Source of the DNA: Gammaproteobacteria bacterium
GTDB taxonomy: Bacteria; Pseudomonadota; Gammaproteobacteria; Eutrophobiales; Eutrophobiaceae
Length of the DNA stretch: 64,000 nucleotides
Direction: 5' to 3'
NCBI GenBank assembly: GCA_963422205.2
Contig: CAXMWX010000011.1
Location: 96,001 to 160,000 of the forward strand
The translations under genes were made by a program, and so were the position numbers. Shown one piece after another: positions 57,690-64,000 of this stretch; within the stretch, counting starts at the first letter, position 1; the number at the start of each line of letters is the position of its first letter. The notes under the pieces were generated by a model that was not told where the DNA came from, searched no databases, and saw only the letters and a program-made list of their open reading frames with translations.

Positions 57690-60572
57690 TTAATCAGATA
57701 ATAACGCTGGCTGTTTTCTTTTTCGCTTTCCAGTTGTTCGGGCAGGTTTTTTTTTCAAGACCGCCGCCAGGTAGCTGGCGGTGTAAGAGCCTTTTACCTT
57801 GACCAGATCCTCGGGCCGGCCAGCAGCAATAATCTGCCCGCCGCCATCGCCACCTTCCGGCCCCAGATCGATGATCCAGTCCGCCGTCTTGATCACATCC
57901 AGATTATGCTCAATCACAACCACCGTATTGCCGTGATCGCGCAACCGGTGCAATACCTGTAGCAACTGTTTGATATCGTGAAAATGCAGGCCAGTGGTGG
58001 GTTCATCCAGAATGTACAAGGTCTTGCCGGTGTCACGTTTGGACAGCTCGCGGGAGAGCTTCACCCGCTGTGCCTCGCCGCCTGACAAGGTCGTTGCATT
58101 TTGCCCCAGACGGATATAGGACAGGCCGACATCCATCAAGGTCTGTAGCTTGCGGGCCAACACCGGCACGGCATCAAAAAACTCACGCGCCTCTTCCACC
58201 GTCATGTCCAGCGCCTGATAAATGCTTTTTCCCTTGTAGTGAATGTCCAGGGTTTCACGGTTATAACGCTTGCCCTTGCAGAGATCACACAGCACATAAA
58301 TATCGGGCAGAAAGTGCATCTCAACCTTAATCAAGCCATCGCCCTGGCAGGCTTCACAGCGCCCGCCTTTGACATTAAAACTGAACCGGCCGGGCTTATA
58401 GCCACGAGAGCGCGCCTCAGCCGTGGCCGCATACAGCTCCCGTATGGGCGTGAATAACCCGGTGTAGGTGGCCGGATTCGAACGTGGCGTGCGGCCAATC
58501 GGGCTCTGATCAATGTCCACCACTTTATCGAACTGCCCAAGCCCCTTGATGGTTTTATACGCCGCCGGGCTGGCACTGGCGCCATGGATATCCCGTGCGG
58601 CTATTCGGTACAACGTATCGTTAATCAAGGTCGATTTACCCGACCCGGAGACACCCGTGATGCAAGTCATCAGGCCAACCGGCAGGGTCAGGTTGACGGA
58701 TTTCAGGTTATTACCACAAGCACCCAGGAGCTTGACTGTGCGCTTAACATCCATGGCGGTACGGCTGGCAGGCACCTCAATCCGCGCTTTGCCAGAGAGG
58801 TAATGGCCAGTGAGGGATTTGTCTGATCCTGCAATAGCCGCCGGCTTGCCCTCGGCCACCACCTGCCCGCCATGCACACCCGCCCCCGGCCCCATATCAA
58901 TCACATGATCAGCCGCATTAATCGCCTCCTCATCATGTTCAACCACGATCACGGTGTTACCAAGATCACGCAAATGCCGCAAGGTGGCCAGCAGCCTGTC
59001 ATTATCACGCTGGTGCAGACCGATGGACGGCTCATCCAGCACATACATGACACCGACCAGGCCCGCCCCGATCTGACTGGCCAGACGGATGCGTTGGGCT
59101 TCACCGCCGGAGAGTGTCTCAGCGCTTCGATCCAGGGTCAGGTAATCCAGGCCGACATTCATCAAAAACTGTAACCTGTCGCTCACTTCTTTCAGAATTC
59201 GGGTGGCGATTTCTCCCTTGCGTCCGGCCAGCCGCAAATCCTGAAAAAATTCCTGCGCTGCCTGCACCGGCATGGCCGTGATCTCAGGCAGGGAAAGCTG
59301 CTGGATAAACACATGACAGGCCGAGCGGCGCAGACGGCTGCCGCCACAATCCGGGCAGGGCTTGTTGTTCTGATAACGTGCCAGCTCCTCCCGCACGATG
59401 CCAGAATCGGCCTCCCGGTAACGGCGCTGCATATTCGGTATCACGCCTTCAAACGGACGTGTACGCCTCTCTGCCCGCTTCCCGTCATACACATACTCAA
59501 ACGCAATTTGCTCATCCCCACTGCCGTAGAGAATCATCTGCTGCATGGCTTTTTTCAGCTTGGCAAAAGGCGTATCGATATCAAACTGGTAATGCCGGGC
59601 CAAGGATTTAATCAGTTGAAAATGATACGCATTGCGCCGTTCCCAACCCCGAATCGCCCCGCCCGGCAGACTAAGATCGGGGTTCTGCACCACCCGATCC
59701 ACATCAAAAAACTGGATCACCCCCAGGCCATCGCAACGGCGGCATGCCCCCACGGGATTATTAAATGAGAACAGGCGCGGCTCCAGCTCACTCAGGCTGT
59801 AACCACACACAGCGCAGGCATAGCGGGCCGAGAAGACCGTATCCTCAATCGTTGCATCATCCATGGCCGCAACGATCACCAGGCCATCGGACAGACGGGC
59901 CGTGGTCTCCAGAGATTCTGCCAGCCGTAACCCCAGATCCGGCCGCACCTTAAAACGGTCGACAACGGCTTCGATGGTGTGATTGCGGCGTAAATCCAGC
60001 GACGGTGCAGAATCCAGCCCCACTACCTTGCCATCAATTCTGGCACGCACAAAACCCTCCGCCCTGAGTTTGTCCAGCGCCTGCACATGCTCGCCCTTGC
60101 GCCGCTTGACGATGGGCGCCAGCAGCATCAGACGCTCGCCTGCCGGGCGCTGCAAGATCAGATCGACCATCTGGCTGATCGTCTGTGCCTCCAGCACTGT
60201 GCCGTGATCCGGGCAATGTGGCTCCCCCACACGGGCATAGAGCAAGCGCAGGTAGTCATAAATCTCGGTGATGGTGCCGACTGTTGAGCGCGGGTTATGC
60301 GAGGTGGATTTCTGCTCGATGGAGATGGCCGGAGACAGGCCCTCAATGTGATCCACATCCGGTTTTTCCATCATCGATAAAAATTGGCGGGCGTAGGCGG
60401 ACAGGGATTCCACATAACGCCGCTGCCCATCGGCATAGATCGTATCAAAAGCCAAGGAAGACTTGCCCGAACCGGACAGCCCGGTGATCACAATCAGCTT
60501 GTCCCTCGGCATATCAAGATTAATGTTCTGAAGATTGTGTGTCCGGGCACCTCTGATATGAATCGTATCCAT
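57690..60572 (-). CDS. uvrA: Excinuclease ABC subunit A
   Basis: GARTHNL, two Walker A motifs ([18 protein letters not shown]), zinc fingers, LSGGEAQR twice. Confidence 0.97.
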   Translation of the reverse strand: MDTIHIRGARTHNLQNINLDMPRDKLIVITGLSGSGKSSLAFDTIYADGQRRYVESLSAYARQFLSMMEKPDVDHIEGLSPAISIEQKSTSHNPRSTVGTITEIYDYLRLLYARVGEPHCPDHGTVLEAQTISQMVDLILQRPAGERLMLLAPIVKRRKGEHVQALDKLRAEGFVRARIDGKVVGLDSAPSLDLRRNHTIEAVVDRFKVRPDLGLRLAESLETTARLSDGLVIVAAMDDATIEDTVFSARYACAVCGYSLSELEPRLFSFNNPVGACRRCDGLGVIQFFDVDRVVQNPDLSLPGGAIRGWERRNAYHFQLIKSLARHYQFDIDTPFAKLKKAMQQMILYGSGDEQIAFEYVYDGKRAERRTRPFEGVIPNMQRRYREADSGIVREELARYQNNKPCPDCGGSRLRRSACHVFIQQLSLPEITAMPVQAAQEFFQDLRLAGRKGEIATRILKEVSDRLQFLMNVGLDYLTLDRSAETLSGGEAQRIRLASQIGAGLVGVMYVLDEPSIGLHQRDNDRLLATLRHLRDLGNTVIVVEHDEEAINAADHVIDMGPGAGVHGGQVVAEGKPAAIAGSDKSLTGHYLSGKARIEVPASRTAMDVKRTVKLLGACGNNLKSVNLTLPVGLMTCITGVSGSGKSTLINDTLYRIAARDIHGASASPAAYKTIKGLGQFDKVVDIDQSPIGRTPRSNPATYTGLFTPIRELYAATAEARSRGYKPGRFSFNVKGGRCEACQGDGLIKVEMHFLPDIYVLCDLCKGKRYNRETLDIHYKGKSIYQALDMTVEEAREFFDAVPVLARKLQTLMDVGLSYIRLGQNATTLSGGEAQRVKLSRELSKRDTGKTLYILDEPTTGLHFHDIKQLLQVLHRLRDHGNTVVVIEHNLDVIKTADWIIDLGPEGGDGGGQIIAAGRPEDLVKVKGSYTASYLAAVLKKKPARTTGKRKRKQPALLSD

Positions 60573-60616
60573 GATGAGAAATTTCAGCCCCTGGTATTAG
60601 CCTAATAAAAATTAAA

Positions 60617-60632
60617 CTGCTAATATTAGCAG
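60617..60632. promoter_or_regulatory. Putative LexA (SOS) box between divergent uvrA and ssb
   Basis: Perfect palindrome CTGCTAATATTAGCAG = CTG-N10-CAG at the classic uvrA/ssb position. Confidence 0.6.
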
Positions 60633-60692
60633 ATAGCGGCAAAAATATGTCAACCGGCTTGAACAAAGAACATAACAACAAAGAGAACAGCG

Positions 60693-61148
60693 ATGGCAAG
60701 AGGGGTTAATAAAGTCATACTCATCGGAAACCTGGGGAACGACCCGGATGTGCGTTACACGGCGGGCGGGTCGGCGGTGGTCAATATCAGCATCGCCACC
60801 TCAGAATCATGGCGCGATAAAGAAACGGGGGAGAGGCAGGAGCGCACCGAATGGCACCGGGTGGTGTTCTTTGGTCGGCTGGCCGAGATCGTCTCAGAGT
60901 ACCTGCGTAAAGGCGCGAAAATCTATATAGAAGGTCGCCTGCAAACCCGCAAATGGCAGGATAAGGACGGCAGCGACCGCTGGACAACGGAGATTGTGGC
61001 AAATGAGATGCAGATGCTGGACAGCCGTGGTGGTCATGCAGATGCCGCACCGCCCGCACACAGATCAACCCAGGGAGCATCACCGGGCGAGGCGCCAGCA
61101 AAGCAGGCAACGGACTCTGAGTTTGTCGATGATGATATTCCGTTCTAG
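60693..61148 (+). CDS. ssb: Single-stranded DNA-binding protein
   Basis: [24 protein letters not shown]-terminal DDDIPF. Confidence 0.97.
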   Translation: MARGVNKVILIGNLGNDPDVRYTAGGSAVVNISIATSESWRDKETGERQERTEWHRVVFFGRLAEIVSEYLRKGAKIYIEGRLQTRKWQDKDGSDRWTTEIVANEMQMLDSRGGHADAAPPAHRSTQGASPGEAPAKQATDSEFVDDDIPF

Positions 61149-61227
61149 TACAAGCGGCTAGGCGCATAGCGGTCGCAGCAGATGGGGCAGGCAGCAACCG
61201 GGGGCATATTCAAGGCCAACCGCTGGT

Positions 61228-62679
61228 ATGACCATCACAACCCACGTTAATCTGCTCAAAAACAGACGGACGAAGATCATCGCTACGGTCGGCCCGGCTT
61301 CGGCCCGGATGATCGATCAGTTGATTGATGCCGGGGTCAACGTATTCCGGCTGAACATGTCGCACGGTGAGCATAAATTTCACCACACCATCTACCATGC
61401 CATACGGCAACAGTCGCTTGCACAACGCAGGACGGTAGCCGTGCTGGCCGATCTGTGCGGACCGAAAATTCGTACCGGCAGATTTCAGGGAGGGGCGACG
61501 ACACTGGCAGATGGTGCTGAGGTCATCGTCACCACCAGGGAAGTGCTGGGAAGGGTCGGAAGGGTCGGGCTGATACCCTCACAATATGACCGGCTGGCCG
61601 CTGATCTCAAGCCCGATGATCGTATTCTGCTGGATGACGGGGCGATTGAGCTAAAAGTCAAGCGCATTGCAGGTGAGGATATTCACTGCATTGTCGTACA
61701 TGGCGGGGTGCTGCAAGATCACAAGGGCATGAATCTGCCCGGTGTCTCGGTCTCAGCACCTGCATTGACCGACAAGGATCGGGCAGATGCCGTCTTCGCC
61801 ATGCAGTTGGGGGTTGACTTTTTAGCCCTGTCTTTTGTGAGGACAGCCGATGATATTAAGCAGTTGCAAGCACTGATTAAAGACCATGATGCCGCCTGCA
61901 AGGTGGTCGCGAAAATTGAAAAACCGGAGGCGCTGCACAATGCCGAATCCATTATCAACGCCGCCGATGCCATCATGGTTGCCCGCGGCGATTTGGGCGT
62001 TGAGTTGCCAGCCGAACAGGTGCCGGTTGCACAACGGGAGCTGATTGAACTGGCAAGAGCGCATTTCAAACCGGTCATCGTTGCCACCCAGATGCTCGAG
62101 TCCATGATTGAAAATGCCCGCCCTACCCGTGCCGAGGTCACGGATATCGCCTATGCCGTTACACTCAACACCGATGCCGTGATGCTCTCTGCCGAGACGG
62201 CGGCGGGCGATTTCCCGGTAGAGGCCGTGACGATGATGGATCGCATTGCCAGGCAAACAGAAGCCCACTTGTGGCAAAGCGGCCGTTACGGTGCGGCCAT
62301 GCAGGCAGCGAAAGACAGCCCGCCCATCTGGTCGGTGATAGCCAATGCCACTGCGGTGATGTCACGTGAACTCATGGCACATGCCGTGGTGGTCATCTCG
62401 CAGACCGGCATGTCCGCCATGACGATGAGCGCCGCGCGCCCTGCCGCGCCCATCGTGGCACTGACGGCCAGCCCACAGGTATATCAAGGCATGGCGTTAA
62501 TGTGGGGCATTATCCCCGTCTTGATCGAACAGGATGAGTCGCATGATCTCCTGACACTGGCCAAGACCAAAGCCAGTGAGCTGGGGCTGGCAGAGACGGG
62601 CGATTATATCCTGCTGGTTCAGGGTTTTAACAAAGAGGCCGCTAACAATACACCAACCATAACCGCCATCATGATCTGA
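61228..62679 (+). CDS. pyk: Pyruvate kinase
   Basis: RRTKIIATVGPA, RLNMSHG, DLCGPKIR, KIEK, MVARGDLG, ATQMLESM. Confidence 0.96.
   Translation: MTITTHVNLLKNRRTKIIATVGPASARMIDQLIDAGVNVFRLNMSHGEHKFHHTIYHAIRQQSLAQRRTVAVLADLCGPKIRTGRFQGGATTLADGAEVIVTTREVLGRVGRVGLIPSQYDRLAADLKPDDRILLDDGAIELKVKRIAGEDIHCIVVHGGVLQDHKGMNLPGVSVSAPALTDKDRADAVFAMQLGVDFLALSFVRTADDIKQLQALIKDHDAACKVVAKIEKPEALHNAESIINAADAIMVARGDLGVELPAEQVPVAQRELIELARAHFKPVIVATQMLESMIENARPTRAEVTDIAYAVTLNTDAVMLSAETAAGDFPVEAVTMMDRIARQTEAHLWQSGRYGAAMQAAKDSPPIWSVIANATAVMSRELMAHAVVVISQTGMSAMTMSAARPAAPIVALTASPQVYQGMALMWGIIPVLIEQDESHDLLTLAKTKASELGLAETGDYILLVQGFNKEAANNTPTITAIMI
61549..61568 (+). repeat. In-frame 9-bp tandem duplication in pyk (GRVGRVG)
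   Basis: ggaagggtc ggaagggtc gg. Confidence 0.75.
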
Positions 62680-62687
62680 TCAGCGGC

Positions 62688-63185
62688 TCACAGCAGCCTG
62701 CCCGCCCGATAGACCGGCAGGCTATCGTCAGCCGCCGCCTGATAGGCCAGGCTGAAATCATCCAGGCCGCTTATCGCCCCTCTGCTGTCTTTATCTGCAC
62801 TGATCTGAAAGGCATCAAAACCACAGCGCTGCATGTAGAACAACTGATCCCGCAGCACCTCCCCGACCGCCCTGAGTTCGCCTTTGTAATGATACCTCTC
62901 ACGCAACATACGCGCCTGTGAATAGACCCGGCCATCCTTGAACTGGGGAAAATTCAGGGCAATCATCGGAAAATCAGCCAGCAACGGGGCTAACAGTGCC
63001 ACCTCATCGTCAGGATTGAGATAGACGGCCACCTTGCCCGGATGTTCTTCCAGGACGGCCGGTTGCTCCCGCCACCAGGCGAAAGGCACGATAATATCGG
63101 TTGCTGGCAGCCGCTGATCATGCCCATCACCCGCAATCAGTTGCCACTGATCCTCCATCACCTGCCTGTGCTTAATGACCTTCAA
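62688..63185 (-). CDS. DUF934 protein (sulfite-reductase-associated)
   Basis: FPQFKDGRVYSQARMLRER..Y.GELRAVGEVLRDQL..MQRCGFD; overlaps the cysI stop. Confidence 0.9.
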   Translation of the reverse strand: MKVIKHRQVMEDQWQLIAGDGHDQRLPATDIIVPFAWWREQPAVLEEHPGKVAVYLNPDDEVALLAPLLADFPMIALNFPQFKDGRVYSQARMLRERYHYKGELRAVGEVLRDQLFYMQRCGFDAFQISADKDSRGAISGLDDFSLAYQAAADDSLPVYRAGRLL

Positions 63186-64000
63186 CGTATCGCCGCCTCC
63201 CTCGCCGTGCCAGCCCCCGCTGCATAGACCCTCGCCTTGAAAGGCGCCATGCCGATACGCTGATAAGTCGCCAGGAATGGCTCTTCAGCCTCCCGTTGCT
63301 CAACATACACCTGCAATATATCCGCTATGGTCTCGGCTACCTTTTCCCTGGCGATGGCAGGGCCAAGCCGCTCGCCGAGGCTGGCCTGCTGATTTGCCGA
63401 ACCGCCCAGGGTCAGTTGATAAAACTCCTCGCCTTTTTTATTCACGCCCAGAATGCCGATATGCCCGACATGATGATGCCCACAGGCATTCATGCAGCCC
63501 GACATTTTGATCTGTATCTCGCCGATGTCGTGCAGATAATCCAGATCATCAAAGCGCTGGTTGATCTGCTTGGCGATGGGGATAGAGCCGGCATTCGCCA
63601 GGCTGCAATAATCGAGGCCCGGGCAGCAGATCATATCCGTCAGCAGGCCGATATTCGCAGTCGCCAGGCCCTGCTGTTTAAGCACCTGCCAAAGCGGGTA
63701 GAGATCCGCCTGCCTGACATGGGCGAGAAGCAGATTTTGATCGTGCGTCACCCTGATCTCGCCCAGGCTGTATTGTTCCGCCAGATCAGCAATCATACGC
63801 ATCTGCTCGCTGGTGGCATCCCCCGGGGCGATGGCCGGATGCTTGAGCGAGAGATAGACGGCACGGTAGCCCGACACCTTGTGTGGCTTGACGTTGCGCT
63901 GATACCAGTTGCTGAAGTCCTTCGATTCGGCGATGGCCTGATCACAGGTACGATCGGCAGCGGCATCGGCGGCATAATCGGGCATCGTGAAGTGTGATCT
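63182..64000 (-). CDS. cysI: Sulfite/nitrite reductase hemoprotein; 5'-truncated by window edge
   Basis: CCPGLDYCSLA and SGCMNACGHH siroheme/4Fe-4S motifs; followed by DUF934. Confidence 0.9.
   Translation of the reverse strand, partial: RSHFTMPDYAADAAADRTCDQAIAESKDFSNWYQRNVKPHKVSGYRAVYLSLKHPAIAPGDATSEQMRMIADLAEQYSLGEIRVTHDQNLLLAHVRQADLYPLWQVLKQQGLATANIGLLTDMICCPGLDYCSLANAGSIPIAKQINQRFDDLDYLHDIGEIQIKMSGCMNACGHHHVGHIGILGVNKKGEEFYQLTLGGSANQQASLGERLGPAIAREKVAETIADILQVYVEQREAEEPFLATYQRIGMAPFKARVYAAGAGTAREAAIR

Noticed and set aside
1-64000. Numerous long antisense or alternate-frame ORFs in the track
   Set aside because: They are shadow ORFs of well-supported genes in GC-rich DNA and have no family motifs.

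Overview
About 64 kb of chromosomal DNA from a moderately GC-rich bacterium, most likely a gammaproteobacterium. Much of the window is housekeeping or metabolic genes: prc (partial), manC, mtaB, two msrA, phasin and phaC, leuCD, sohB, avtA, thyA, lgt, pckG, uvrA, ssb, pyk and cysI (partial). The most notable part is a ~12.3 kb uptake and catabolic locus (19.8-32.1 kb). It holds a TonB receptor, a GntR regulator, a two-subunit hydantoinase/oxoprolinase, an isochorismatase-family amidohydrolase, a frameshifted HMG-CoA-lyase-family gene, a class III CoA transferase, two NTF2/SnoaL proteins and a racemase. A repeated TGTATACA palindrome appears in each of its promoter regions, and its substrate is unknown. 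Other highlights are a decayed type I restriction-modification remnant at the 3' end of tRNA-Ser(GGA), a Ser/Thr receptor kinase with an amino-acid-type dCache domain, an MshEN-like plus cNMP-binding fusion protein, shared PhaR-like boxes at phasin and phaC, and frequent short tandem duplications including an exact 96-bp one. No CRISPR array, integrase or transposase was seen. All family calls come from motif recognition, not database searches.
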